DNA of 64,000 nt from Eledone cirrhosa (taxonomy: Eukaryota). The DNA is taken from the NCBI GenBank assembly GCA_964016885.1, contig OZ024745.1, positions 107,384,001 through 107,448,000 of the forward strand. Direction: 5' to 3'. A program made the position numbers and the translations under genes. The notes below the pieces were generated by a model. It ran no database searches. It was not told the DNA's origin and was given only the letters and a program-made list of their open reading frames with translations. The first letter of the stretch is position 1. Each line of letters starts with the position of its first letter. Positions 1 through 13,972 of this stretch are shown piece by piece.

Positions 1-536
1 AAGACATCCCAATTAGTATGTGGTCTTATTAAACGATCGGTGGATTAAGTATACCACCGTAGAATTGCCTTATCTGCAGCATGAAAGCAAGGTCAATGTT
101 AGTAGGATTTAACCACGGAGTGAATAGAAACGAAACATTTCCTCCACATTCTAAGCATTTTTTAAATTTTAGTAGTTTTGACAATAGTTTAGACCACACC
201 TAGATGAAAAGCATTCGATTTATTTAGGAAGTTTCAATCAAGAAATTGCTTTAACTATGTTCACACTGACGTGTATTTGCGCCAGAATGTTTCTTCTATC
301 ACTACTACATATGCTTCTACGTGTCTCTCACAACATGCATAAGTGTCTTCCTTCCAAGAGCCTCTCCATGTGTATTTCTTCCACTGAATCGTTTCCCACC
401 GGCATTTTAACACTTTGAAAATCACCTTCATCTGCCAGACAAGTATTGTATTCTTTTCTCACATGACACTGACCTACAAATGGTTGTCCAAACTGAAACA
501 TCAAATGTATCATCAATCACAGAGAGACTGCAGAAT

Positions 537-567
537 TTATGGGTATTTAGGTCTTCCTTTGACTATC
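537..567 (-). CDS. Candidate terminal coding exon of an unknown host gene (R-IVKGRPKYP*)
   Basis: Polypyrimidine acceptor tatattttttcag| precedes 567 on the minus strand. Its phase matches the phase-2 end of the candidate exon 5152-5243. No homology recognised. Confidence 0.3.
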
Positions 568-665
568 CTGAAAAAATATACTTTCTGAACTCAGGAAAAG
601 GGTTAAAGGGCTAATTACGGTTCACTTATTGCAGAGTATTTCAAATTTTTTTTATTGTTACATAT

Positions 666-680
666 TGGAAATGGTACAAA

Positions 681-720
<40 letters not shown>

Positions 721-739
721 TGTGTTTGTACCATTTCCA
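666..739. repeat. 18-bp inverted repeat mirrored across a (TA)n array
   Basis: tggaaatggtacaaacac (666-683) and gtgtttgtaccatttcca (722-739) flank (TA)n. Confidence 0.9.
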
Positions 740-2756
740 CACACACACACACACACATTATATATATATATATATATATATAATGTGTGTATGTGTGATA
801 CGCATACATGCACATACATATACCCGCCTATGATAGATAGAGAGATAGACAAATATCAGGCTCACAAGCTTATCTTCCCCCAAACAAATTCGTATGTGTC
901 AGTCTGATAGAGATCGTTCCAGTTGTCAGACGATCGTTGAAGCAATGCATTATGGAAAAAGTTAGTATAAACCGCTCACTCATTTATTTAAAAAAAAACC
1001 TCAACTAACGTTAATCAAAGTATGTCCCACTAGTCATCACCATATGATTTATTACCATTCACATTTCATAATCTTCTAATGTCCATCCTATATTTGTGAA
1101 ATAGTTAAAATAAAATTTCAAAGAAAAGATTTATATTTACAAGTATTGTAATACTCGTAACAGTGTTATTTTCTTTTTACATCTATCAACGACCGAACCC
1201 CAAACGAACAAATGCGTTTGCATTATGAGATTGGAATAGGAGTCTACTCTAACTTCCATCTTAGAAAAGCATACGATACCTACTTTAAAAAATGGTGAAA
1301 TCAAATGTTGGATACTATGGCCCTAGATACACAAAAATAGGGGATGTGTGAAGTGCAAATACTGTTAACCAAAGAATGTTAGATCAGTCGGAGATGTAAG
1401 TGATTCATATAAAGCAGTGGACCTCCATAGCCATTCGATGTTTAAAAAATCCTATTATATTTTTACTATTAAATATTAGCAATTGATTAAAAAAATGTTA
1501 ACATTTTATGTATTGCAAAAGTATAATTTAATTAAACTTTAACAATAAAATTCTATAGAAAATGAATGTTCATTAGCAATATAAGTCGTAAATGCAAACC
1601 CTATTCTGTTGTATATCTGTCTTATGTCTTTCATATTTCATCAACACAGAATGAAAGGTAACAAATAAGTTTCTGTCTCTAACCTTTAAGATACATTCTT
1701 GAAATAAATAAGTCTAAAGCAAAATATTTTTCATGGACCACAAAAATACTACTATAAATCCCCAATTTACTATTTTGCTTGCGTAGACTTCAATAAAACC
1801 TATATCGACACCTAGGGCCATGTGAAACTCAGATGAGAACCCCTGAGATAGAGGGAGAAATCACGTTTTCTCCAGTCTAGAATGATTTTAGAATAACCAA
1901 ATCTTAAAATAACAGTAACCATTGCTGCTACTTCTTCTATAGCTTGTGTTGTTTATTACCTGCATGCTGTCGAATAGACATGTGATCAAAAGCATGCCAG
2001 CAATGACCATCGCATTATTTTAGTGGTACCTAGATATATTCCTTGTTGACAAGAGTAGAGTATAATTTAAAGGTGATTTGACTAATATTTCTAAGAAGTA
2101 GACGCCCACTTACTGGCCGGTAAATAAGATTGAAACATTTAAAAAATTAATTTTCGTGTTATATACCGATGTAAATAAAAATGTATACCTAATAGATAGT
2201 TACAAAAGATTATCTTGCTTACACCTTCGATTCAATTAAATTTCGTTATATGCCTGATCTAATTTTATAATACACCCTGTGATTCAGGATCTAAATGTTG
2301 TAATTATTAATACTTTGTTTCATAGAATTCTGTTAGATTCGACATGTATAAATCTTATTGTCAAATATATAATATATTACGACATACCAACTCATTAACG
2401 ATAAGCGAAAACTCTTTCAGCCATTCAGTACATCGTGCTTATCTGTCATCTGCATCAATTATGTTTAACGTGATGTTCTCTTAATTAGAATTTCAAACGG
2501 CTAATTCCAATTTATAATGAGCCAGCAACTTAATAAATAACAAAACTACTAAATAACTTTTTTTTAATTAAATCAATAACAATGACCTAATGTACAATGA
2601 ATATTTCGAAGAAACAAACATTACCGGATAATCTGTGGTTTAGTATGCAATGTCTTCATATTTAATTAATTGAAAATATAACAGGCGAAAAAAGCAGTCA
2701 TACTACCTTCTAAACTAGAAAGCAAAACGTATGCCATTTATTAAATAACAATAGCC

Positions 2757-2970
2757 AGGGCTGTCGATTGGCAGTATCAGGAGAGCGTCGGACAACATGG
2801 CTTGCAGTGTAGAGTTAGGGCCCTTTAAGATCTGAGTTCAATCCCACCGAGGTTAGCTTTGCCTTTCATCCTTAAGGGGTCGATAAAATAACGTACCAGT
2901 CACACACTGCGGTCGATTTAATCGACTTTCCCATCCCCAAAATTTGTTGGCCTTGTGCCTATATAAGAAA
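2757..2970 (+). mobile_element. tRNA-derived SINE with Meta-type central domain
   Basis: B-box-like gagttcaatccc followed by gcctttcatccttaaggggtcgataaaataacgtaccag; many copies in the window. Confidence 0.8.
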
Positions 2971-2997
2971 CCATTAAATAACAGTACCCACTCAGTG

Positions 2998-3132
2998 AAA
3001 GCGTGTGGTCTAGTAGAGTATTCGGCCCACGATCGCAAGATCTTGAGATCGATTCCCAGAGAAGCGTTATGTCCATGTGCAAAGAACTTTATTTTACTTT
3101 GCTCTGGAATACTCAGTTGGCAAAAGTGAGTT
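2998..3132 (+). mobile_element. Degenerate tRNA-derived SINE (V-domain type)
   Basis: gcgtgtggtctagt...gatcgattccc head, then a degenerate gtgtccttgagcaaggcactttatttc motif; related to 8639, 37740 and 52050. Confidence 0.6.
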
Positions 3133-3288
3133 ATATATACATATATATATATATATATGCAAAAGTTTTATTTAAAATTGTTGGGTTACAACGAGTAAAT
3201 ATTTTATAACTGATATAAAAGCACTCAACAGGTTTTGGAGTATTTTACGATATTAAACAAATGGAAACTACATTTAGAAAACCATATT

Positions 3289-3354
3289 TATTTCATTATA
3301 TACATTTCAGGGATATCATATTAAAAATATGGTATGCCCTCTTCAGACAAAATA
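3289..3354 (-). ncRNA. Type I minimal hammerhead ribozyme
   Basis: Mirror copy of 3456-3521. Confidence 0.8.
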
Positions 3355-3455
3355 CAATATATAAACAGTTTTATAAATAAATTTGACATTTTAAATGGAA
3401 GTTGTAAAATTTTTTAAGGTATGTCAAATTTATTTATAAAACTGTTCATATATTG

Positions 3456-3521
3456 TATTTTGTCTGAAGAGGGCATACCATATTTTTAATATGATATCCC
3501 TGAAATGTATATAATGAAATA
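3456..3521 (+). ncRNA. Type I minimal hammerhead ribozyme
   Basis: tattttgt-CTGAAGA-ggg c ata...tat c cct-GAAA-tgtata-TA-atgaaata; helices I, II and III all formable. Confidence 0.8.
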
Positions 3522-3562
3522 AATATGGTTTTATAAATGTAGTTTCCATTTGTTTAATATCG

Positions 3563-3595
<33 letters not shown>

Positions 3596-3608
3596 ACAAT
3601 TATACATT

Positions 3609-3644
<36 letters not shown>

Positions 3645-3834
3645 GTAGATAAATCTACCAAGAGTTTACGGTAGTGTCCAATCCGTATGAAGAACTCAAT
3701 GTAATCCGGATATCATGGAAAGAAGAGATGCAATGAAAAATCACTTTCGGTGAAAGATAAAACGATCGTTAAATAATGAACTTTTTTTGTTTAATATAAG
3801 GAACTGTTTCATTGTTTTATTCATTATTTTTTTA

Positions 3835-3892
<58 letters not shown>

Positions 3893-3895
<3 letters not shown>

Positions 3896-4062
3896 GTTTC
3901 TACTTTTGGCACAAGGCCATCAATTATCCAGTACATTACTAGTACTTTATTTTATCGACTCCGTAAGGATGAAAGGCAAAGTTAACCTCGGCGGGATTTG
4001 AACTCAGACCGCAAAGGGACGCAACTATGCTGGAAAGCATGGCGTTCGACCCTCTACCGATA
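3893..4062 (-). mobile_element. Meta-domain SINE
   Basis: gtactttattttatcgactccgtaaggatgaaaggcaaagttaacctcggcgggatttgaactcag is the reverse complement of the SINE core. Confidence 0.8.
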
Positions 4063-4145
4063 CTGAATATATATATATTATATATATGTATATATATATA
4101 TCTATATGTGTGTGCACATGTATGTATATATAAATATATATGAAC

Positions 4146-4237
<92 letters not shown>

Positions 4238-4454
4238 ACATATATATATATGAGTGTGTTCTGTTATTAATTCTGGCAATATTACACAAATATGACCCTC
4301 CCCAAGTATAACAATATACATATATATATATACATATATATACATATATATACATATATATACATATATATATATATATACATATATATACATATATATA
4401 CATATATATATACATATATATATATATACATACGTACACACAAATACACAGATG

Positions 4455-4561
<107 letters not shown>

Positions 4562-5151
4562 ATATATATATGAATATATATACATATATATATATATATA
4601 GTGAAATTATATATATATATATATAATTTCACTTTCAAGAAATGTGAAGACATTTTTCTTTTTGGCAAACCTCCTATCCTGGCGTGATTTCTGCAAGACA
4701 CAATCAATTAGATTTGCATCAGATACTGTCATCTAACATCATCAGAATCCCTGTGTTCTATTTCTCACCTGCATCGTCAGTAGTAACTGAATTTTTGTTT
4801 AATTTCATTATTGCCTATTTCCTTTTCACTTCAAAATTAGAGGGTATTCATTAGATTTCTGCAACAGTGATACATAATTACCTAGCATTTAAACTTTCTT
4901 TTACTTAAGTGAACTCTTCGCCGAAAAGTCTGCACGAAAGGAAAAAGTTAACTTATGTTACATATTGATATAGTATGTTTCAATGTAAATATATTTTTCC
5001 ATATATGTTTTATTTATAATATGATTTGTAATTTTAAATATTTAGTATTTTTTCTTCCTTTTAATTTTCCAAACATCTTTCTTCATATGTTCTTCAAATT
5101 TTCAAAACATATTTTCCCGCATGGATAAAGATATTTCATTTTTAAACTTAC

Positions 5152-5243
5152 CTTTGAAGATAAATATTCCACATGACATCTCCGTTCTTAGGGATAAATC
5201 TGACAGTGTACGCGTCATCATTTCTCATCTTTTCAAATAAAAA
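5152..5243 (-). CDS. Candidate internal coding exon (FLFEKMRNDDAYTVRFIPKNGDVMWNIYLQ)
   Basis: Strong acceptor ctttttccag| and consensus donor aag|gtaagt. 92 nt of non-repetitive sequence with exactly one open frame. Confidence 0.5.
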
Positions 5244-5744
5244 CTGGAAAAAGTTGTTGTAAAAGTAAAGTATATAAACTATATATAAGTACAAATGTTA
5301 AACTTCAAAACATTTCGTGACAAACTGATAGATATTTATAGCTGTGCCCCAAAGGTATCTTAATATTTTAAAATACGTAGCTTCAAGTCTACTCTGATGA
5401 TGTAAATCTATAACCACAGGCATCTCATCCATTACCTTTTTGTATTTGTTTCAAGTATAGCGTACTGCAAACGATATTATCAAATATGTGTATTTTACGT
5501 GGTTTAAGGGAATTATGACTGCTATTTCCAGCAGGTCTATCTTAATTCTCTTTCTGATTGTTCAAGTGATCTCATGTGACTCTGGTCGGTGATACCGTTA
5601 ATTGATTTAGCATCGTTTAAACATGAACAAGTTGTTAATTTTATATTTTTAACTTGATATTAGTGTTGTTAACTCTTCTTAAAGATTATATTCCTATTGA
5701 ACTCTGTGATTAAACATTTGTTTAACTTTCTTTGCATACTCTAA

Positions 5745-5850
5745 TGAGCTGGCCAGCCGTAGGTTTGAGCCCCGCGAGTTGGAGTGGCGTTTCCAGCGGG
5801 GAAACGCCTTCTCCATTCTGACCGCCGGGGCTGTGTGTGGAGGAGGGGGG
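5745..5850 (+). mobile_element. 3' fragment of a CRE-like non-LTR retrotransposon
   Basis: GC-rich island encoding EPRELEWRFQRGNAFSILTAG, resembling the CRE-clade C-terminal ...QR....QRGNA.SIL motif with an internal deletion. Confidence 0.5.
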
Positions 5851-6823
5851 GCATCGCGTATCATTCCATATTTAATTATGGTCGGTATGTGTATGTTTAT
5901 ATATATTACTTTTATTTTCATTCAGCATCATGTCATTCTTCATTGCTTTTCTCTAATATTGTCGTCTGAATGTTGTTATTAATTGTTAGAATCTTGTTAA
6001 ATACTTTATTAAAACTGAACAAATAAAATGGAAAATTACATTGTTGCCACTGACCCTTATTGCATTCTTGTTGCGAACATTATCACACACTTGTAGGTAA
6101 TGTTGTTTACGTGCTTGTGACTAACTCAGATTACAGTCGCGTTGCTAACTGTTGTTACGCTCGTGCTGCTAAACCTCATACTTTCTGGCCAACTGATTAC
6201 ACACAATTATTGCTAACTCTTCTCGTATTTCACATTTGTTGCTAACTCAAATTACACTTTTGACGTTACCTCATGATACACTATCGTTGGTAATAATGAT
6301 ATTTATTTTATTTTACATTGTTGTTGTTGTTTTACTGATTTCTTTTTTTACACCATCACGTTCTTTAGATTTTTGACACCATCATTTTCTTCTTTTTTTA
6401 TTTTAGTAGAAAGTTTGATAGGGTAAAAATAAATAAAATAGGTTCCTATAGCTCTTCTGAGCATTGGCGATAGTGAATATAGAAAAAAAGTTAGTAGTCA
6501 TTATTCCAGTCCACTTGAAATTAATGAAAGAAAAACGCACTCACAAAAAATCGAAAACCAGATTACCAAAAATATTCATTTTATTTTCCTCATCTTTTTT
6601 TCCTAAGCCCTTCTCATATTGCGTGTTTGTATCAATTCAAGATTAAAAATAAAAAAAATACTTGTTTAATAGTCCAAACTGCCAATCGCACGTTCATTTC
6701 AAACATATTCTAGAAGAGAAATGTGGTGTAAGAGCTAATAACATAGAAAATATCTCCAATAACAACAAAGAATAAAGCAAAGAATAATATTTCACAAACA
6801 AGTAAATACACATATATATGCAG

Positions 6824-6884
<61 letters not shown>

Positions 6885-7631
6885 GTGTATATATATATAT
6901 GTGTGTAAATGCATACACACACACATATATATATATATATATACATATATATCTATATATATATATATATACATATATATGCAAACATCTGTGTATGTCT
7001 TTATATGTAACTATGTGTGTGTTTGAACAACCAGAAGAAAAAAAATGAATTAAACAACTCCGATTTGAAACCGTGTTTATTGTTTTTTATATGATAATAA
7101 TGAACATGGTGAGTAATATAGCAGAAATTATTTATCACACGGCTAACAGACGGCCAGGAAAAACTATCTTCATATCAATTTTGTCTCACACTAGAACAGA
7201 TTTTTCTCAGCAACTAGCAAATGATTTAGCCACGAGTTTGGTTAGCTTCTTAATATTTTTTTTTATTGTAAAATCTATAGCAGGACCTTTCTCAGGTGAT
7301 ATTATCAATTATTTAACCATAAATCCTGTCGAAAACTCAGAAGAAAAAAAGAAATTATAATATGTTCTTTAGTTCAATGTATCACACACACGCTCACACA
7401 AATTAAGGCGCATATGTGCAAGATAGGTTTATGCGCGTTTAAGTTTGTAAAATAATGTTAACACAAATACGTTATTATGCCCAGACAGGCATAAAATGTT
7501 TTAAGAATTAATGTTTAAATATATATGTATGTCTATGTGTGTGCCTGTTTATGTGTATATATATATAAATGTGTGTGCCTGTGTGTACATATGTGTATGT
7601 GTGTCCATGTGTATGTATGTGTATATTTATG

Positions 7632-7664
<33 letters not shown>

Positions 7665-8006
7665 ATGTTTGCATATATATAATCTCTCCCAAGGTAACTC
7701 TATCTCGTGTTATCATTTTTATTTTTTACGCTCTTTCCTACGTTCTACAAACTATACATCTCATTCTGCATTCACTTACATCTCTCTTTTCACCACCGGA
7801 TCTTGTTACCCGGAGAATTACACATCTGCATTGTTGAGGCTTCCAAAACGTCCTAAAGAAAATATATCTAGATATATATATACATATGTGTGTGTGTGTG
7901 TCTGTCTGTCTGTGTGTGTGTGTGTGTTTGTGTGTGTGTATATATATATTTATATACATATATGTATATATTTATATATATATATACATATATTAATATA
8001 CATATA

Positions 8007-8060
<54 letters not shown>

Positions 8061-8333
8061 AGAAGTAATTCCATCGGAAAGGTACAGGAAAAAGAGTGCT
8101 CTATGTAGGTTACAGAGCTTATTAGTTATTTAATAAACAACATAAGATAATTATTTCATTCATGTCTTTGAATTCCCACACTTTGTTTGCGAGAGCCGTT
8201 GCTGTTCTTTTTTCAGGGTGTTTAAATGAAATAATTATCTTATGTTGTTTATTACATAACTAATATATATATATATATATGTGTGTGTGTATATAGATAT
8301 ATATATATATACATATATATATACACATATATT

Positions 8334-8382
<49 letters not shown>

Positions 8383-8580
8383 ATATGTAGATATATATAT
8401 ATACATAAATATATATATATATAAATATATTTATATATACACATATATATATATATATATATATTCAGGGTGTTTAAATGAAATAATAATCTTACGTTGT
8501 TTATTACATAACTTATATATATATATAATATATATTTATATATATATATATACATACATATATATATATATACATATATA

Positions 8581-8638
<58 letters not shown>

Positions 8639-8858
8639 AGGAACATTCGACTTTCGTCAAATCGGACCGAGGAAACAATGTTTCCGTTGGTCTTTCCAGT
8701 TGCTAATACTATCTATCGGTCGCAACTCCAGGTAGAAGGAACAACGTGAAATAATGTGCCTTGCTCAAGGACATAACGCATCGCCCGGTCCAGGAATCGA
8801 ACTCACAACCTCAAGATTGTGAATCCAATTCTCTAACCACTCAGCCACACGCCTTCAC
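8639..8858 (-). mobile_element. tRNA-derived V-domain SINE
   Basis: Reverse complement: ggcgtgtggctgagtggttagag...gagttcgattcc...gtccttgagcaaggcac. Confidence 0.8.
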
Positions 8859-9190
8859 ATATATATATATATATTTATATATACATACATACACACATAT
8901 ATATATATATAGGTAAGTTATTCCGGGATGAATCGGAGGTAACCACAGTAAGTAAGTAAATATATATATTCTAACCCATGCTAAGTGGGAAAACGGTCAC
9001 TAAATGTTGACGAAATAGTACATATAACATGTGGTGTACGTTTCCATCTTGTAATCACTACATACTCAACCCATATGCATTATTATAAATAAGTATGCGT
9101 GCGCACACTGACACACACATACACACAGCCAGGGACAAATATATATGTATATATATAAGTATACAAACATATATATATATATATATATAA

Positions 9191-9231
<41 letters not shown>

Positions 9232-9267
9232 CACATACACACACACATACAGATACACACACACAAA

Positions 9268-9305
<38 letters not shown>

Positions 9306-9322
9306 TGTGTATATATATATAT

Positions 9323-9389
<67 letters not shown>

Positions 9390-9477
9390 TACATATATAC
9401 ACATAAACACACACATATATATATATACACATACACACACACACACCTATATATCTCTCTCTCTATATATATATACA

Positions 9478-9640
<163 letters not shown>

Positions 9641-9840
9641 GCATATATAGTCGGGAAATTTACACCACATATTAGACAAATTATTAAAAAAACATCTCGG
9701 AATCAAAAGTATGATGATCATTTGAACTAAGATGTCAAGGAATGCAGGCTTGCAATTTCCATGACAACACTCGCTTACCAAAAGCCATCAATTATTCAGA
9801 TATCAACAACATTAGCAGTAACAACAATAATACTTGCGGC

Positions 9841-9888
<48 letters not shown>

Positions 9889-9970
9889 GGTGGTGGTGGT
9901 GGTGGTGGTGGTGGTGGTGGTGGTGATGATGATGATGATGGTGGTGGTGGTGTGGTGGTGAGGATGATGA

Positions 9971-10004
<34 letters not shown>

Positions 10005-10036
10005 GGTGGTGGTGGTGGTGGTGGTGGTGGTGGTGG

Positions 10037-10085
<49 letters not shown>

Positions 10086-10135
10086 GGTGGTGTTGGTGGT
10101 GGTGGTGGTGGTGGTGGTTATTGTGGTGGTGGTGG

Positions 10136-10196
<61 letters not shown>

Positions 10197-10260
10197 GATG
10201 ATGATGATGATGATGATGATGGTGGTGGTAAGGATGATGATGATAATAATAACGATAATG
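9841..10260. repeat. Compound (GAT)n/(GGT)n trinucleotide microsatellite
   Basis: Alternating GAT and GGT blocks, directly visible. Confidence 0.95.
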
Positions 10261-10559
10261 ATCACCTCTACTACTACTAATACTACTAATATTAATAACC
10301 CTTCTTTATTTAGCCACTAAGGGAATTATATTCAATTTCAGTCGTACATACAACTACATGAAAAGATAAGAGCACCGTGGCGTGTTATAAAAACGACATG
10401 GGGCTAGGTCAGGGACATTATACAAAGGCATCTCTATGAAATAATTTTGTAAATTATTATTTGGGATTTTTTCTTCAGTTCTTCAGTGTTGAGCTTATTC
10501 CTAATAACATTAATGTGGCTTGCGGATTACTCGCTGTAACCTTAAATTTCCATATGATT

Positions 10560-11072
10560 TTAATAGGCTAAAGATCTTTCCTGTTACCAAGAACCAAACC
10601 TGTAGAATCTCTACAGGACATTACACTCCAATCCCTTCTATACATTTGTCTATTTCAACACTCACAATCCCAAGTGCTCCCATAATTACAGGTACAATTG
10701 TTACAGATTTCCTCTTCCAAATCCTCGTAATTTTAAAGGGTTGTTTTCATCTTTACAATCCTAGTATCAAACAGGCATGACGGATTAATCAGTATGCAAA
10801 TTCGATTTAACTTTTCTATTACTGTTATATCTGCCTTGCAACCTTCTATCATCTTATCTGTTAGAATTGAAACCTCCCACAACATCTTGTATATTTCCGG
10901 CACAAACACATTCTACCCGGTGATTTTATCACGTACTTCCCGCTTCAAACTTCTATTTCTGATAGAGCTTCCATCCAGTGTAAATCTTTTACAATTTTAT
11001 CGTGTTTCCTCATCTGTTATATTCTCCATGGATGTGCACACAATAATCGTTTCTGCTGTAAGCACAACAATG
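10560..11072 (-). mobile_element. Degenerate R4/Dong-like non-LTR retrotransposon, restriction-like endonuclease region
   Basis: Minus strand reads ...MLWEVSILTDKMIEGCKADITVIEK...IWKRKSVTIVPVIMGALG..., the LWD/PD/VPVI.GALG signature; disrupted by stops and frameshifts. Confidence 0.7.
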
Positions 11073-11084
11073 TTACGGGGTGGA

Positions 11085-11325
11085 GAAAGTTGCATTACTG
11101 GTACTTTATTATATCAACCTCGTAACGACGAAAGGCAAAGCTAACCTCTGCAGGATTTGAACTCAGGGACGTAACCGTATGCCATAAAGCATTTTGTCCG
11201 ACACTCTTCCCATACTACCAATTCAATGCCCTTAATTTCAGTGTAATAATTGTCTCTATTTTTGGCACAAAGCCAGCAATTATCCCAGTGCATTACTGGT
11301 ACTTTATTTTATTGACGCCACCGAA
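11085..11325 (-). mobile_element. Two Meta-domain SINE fragments
   Basis: tgcattactggtactttatt...gaaaggcaaagctaacctc...gatttgaactcag, and a second ccagtgcattactggtactttattttattgac. Confidence 0.7.
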
Positions 11326-11666
11326 ACGAAACGTTCTATAGGTCTCGAACACTCATCGTTACCAACTACACATAAACACACACATACTGTGTGTGTGTCA
11401 GTCTGTCTGTCTGTGTGTTGACTCTTATTGGTTGTTCAGTTTCTTGGCATGCGTGAGATGTCTTGCTGTAAATATGTTTTCTCACTCACTGAATAATATA
11501 CACTATATATTCACTAAATTTTAATTTCATTTCCACTATAACATATTTCGCTCTAATATTAGGAAACAGCTGCTTCAACATGGCAAAATTTCTTTAGTAC
11601 AAACTAATTACAGGCTCATTAATTCACATTACATATTATTAGAAATGTGAAGAAAGTGAAAATATA

Positions 11667-11768
11667 CAGGGTGCCCCCTAAAAATGTATACACACTTCAA
11701 CAGCATTCTAATAAATATTGCCTGTACAGTTAATCAAAGTATGTATACATTATTTGGAAAACACCCTG
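11667..11768. mobile_element. ~100-bp Tc1/mariner-type MITE
   Basis: TA|cagggtg...aatgtatacacactt ... aagtatgtatacatt...caccctg|TA; imperfect TIRs with TA TSD. Confidence 0.8.
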
Positions 11769-12428
11769 TATTTGATAAAGATTAAGTTCGTTGAAGGTGA
11801 TGTAAATTTAACTAACATTAAGATTTGTTATAATTTTTAAAAAACAATTCCAGTATATCTTCCTCTTACAATGTTCTTTCGAAGGCCAATTTACACTAAC
11901 GCTGAGATCCTGTTGAAGTGTTGTATTTCCAGCCAGCCTGTATGTGGTGCAAAAGGTGCTTACCACACGCATTATTCTACTATATCATCTTTCCTAACTA
12001 GTGCGAGGTCTCCTATAGTCAGCGCTCACTCTCAAACATCGTTGTGTATATAACAAAGAATTTCGCAGAGGTTTCCTTAAGAATTCTGTAGCATTGAAAG
12101 CTTTTTTTTCTTTTTCGTTGATCATTTTCGTTTCAAGGAAGATGTCTTATTGGAAATGTGATGTCTCGTTAATTAAATAACATACACCATAACGCTTTCA
12201 CTTAATATTTATTTAGTTTAATTACGTTTGAAATATAACATTTCCCCATCTTATATTCGTATACAGCTGTTACAACATGGTTGTGTTTCCTCGTTAGAAA
12301 CTAATTAGGCTTTTCATTAATTTACGTATCATGAAAAAGAAAGGTGAGAAAAAAGGTGAACATTAATAGGAAAAAGTATATATGTGTGTATATATACACA
12401 ACCCCAAACATACGCATTCATGCTCCTC

Positions 12429-12465
<37 letters not shown>

Positions 12466-12466
12466 G

Positions 12467-12592
<126 letters not shown>

Positions 12593-12611
12593 TTGATAGA
12601 GAGATGGATAG

Positions 12612-12671
<60 letters not shown>

Positions 12672-13252
12672 GTAAAAGGAAAAGAAAATGCTGACAAATT
12701 GTTCCCACTGAAAAATAGTTTAATTAGGAATGAGTAAAAATTAATAATAAGTATTGGTTAGTATTCAGTTTTGGTTTTAAGTTGTTACCGGTTGCGCATT
12801 TCTAATGCCTTTCAAAAATAATTTTGAGATAGAGCGCCCGTGATGTTTGCTCTAATCTGATCAGTTATGGAAATTCTACCTCTTTTATGTGAAAAAAGTG
12901 GCTCCAGAGGTATTGAAATAAGTTTCGCGCCAATTCGTGTTGCAAAAATTCTTGTGGTCAAAACAATTTTGATTGGTCGGTAGAGGTCACGTGAATGTTA
13001 AAAATTGATTTTGCGCCAAATGTAGGTTTGTCGAAGAGTGTCTTTTTTCGCCTGATTGAGAAGTCACTGAAAAATAAGTCTTTTAAGATAAATATGTGTG
13101 TGTGTAGTAAAGAGGTTCATTGTTGTGATAATGGTCTGTAGGGATGTGTGTGTGAATTGCACATTATATATATAATATATAATTGCACATTATATATATA
13201 ATATATAATATATATAATATATAATATATAATATATATATATATAATATATA

Positions 13253-13357
13253 ATCCCGCTGAGGTTGACTTTGCCTTTCATCCTTGCGGGGTCGATAAAA
13301 TAAAGTACCAGTAATGTACTGGATAATTGCTGGCCTTGTGCCAAAGGTAGAAACAAT
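13253..13357 (+). mobile_element. 5'-truncated Meta-domain SINE in a TA-rich array
   Basis: gaggttgactttgcctttcatccttgcggggtcgataaaataaagtaccag. Confidence 0.8.
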
Positions 13358-13423
13358 TATATATATAATATGTACATATATATACATATATATACATATA
13401 TATTATATATACATATATATACA

Positions 13424-13487
<64 letters not shown>

Positions 13488-13526
13488 ATATATATATATA
13501 ATAAAATAATTATGGTTTTATAATAT

Positions 13527-13571
<45 letters not shown>

Positions 13572-13576
<5 letters not shown>

Positions 13577-13812
13577 ATATTATAAAACCATATTTATTTT
13601 ATTATATATATTTCAAGGGCGACCAAGGTAAATTATGATGCGCTTTCATCAGATAAAATACATATTTGTTTTATAAATAAATATTGACATACCTGGAAAA
13701 AAGACAACCTCAACGGTTGAAATTCGCTGGATAGTGAAACTGTTGAGTGCTTTATATCAGTTATAAAAATGTTTAAGCTTGTTGAATCCAAACAAATTAA
13801 TATAACCTCTGC
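13572..13812. mobile_element. PLE family A insertion: inverted arm (minus) fused to bare tail (plus)
   Basis: 13572-13737 matches the family A body on the minus strand. 13738-13812 matches the family A tail on the plus strand. Confidence 0.8.
13595..13660 (-). ncRNA. Type I minimal hammerhead ribozyme
   Basis: rc: tattttat-CTGATGA-aag c gc...gc c ctt-GAAA-tatata-TA-ataaaata. Confidence 0.85.
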
Positions 13813-13858
13813 ATATATATATATATACATGTACTGTATATATATATATATATATGTA

Positions 13859-13972
<114 letters not shown>

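Larger units (their letters stand above)
3159..3564 (-). mobile_element. PLE family A 3' end with inverted partial pLTR (fold-back) in (TA)n
   Basis: Arms 3246-3389 and 3421-3564 are reverse complements. Unpaired tail at 3159-3245. (TA)n on both sides. Homologous to 13572, 40181, 42968, 48120 and 58731. Confidence 0.85.

Noticed and set aside
328-516. 62-aa non-repetitive ORF
   Set aside because: No recognisable motif; more plausibly 3' UTR or intergenic sequence downstream of the candidate exon.
9742-10320. Poly-D/G/M/V ORF
   Set aside because: Compound trinucleotide microsatellite with no exon signals or domain.
11870-11937. Possible 68-nt minus-strand exon (cag|...|gtaaga)
   Set aside because: Its only open frame ends in phase 1 and does not join the phase-0 start of 5243; splice signals are modest.
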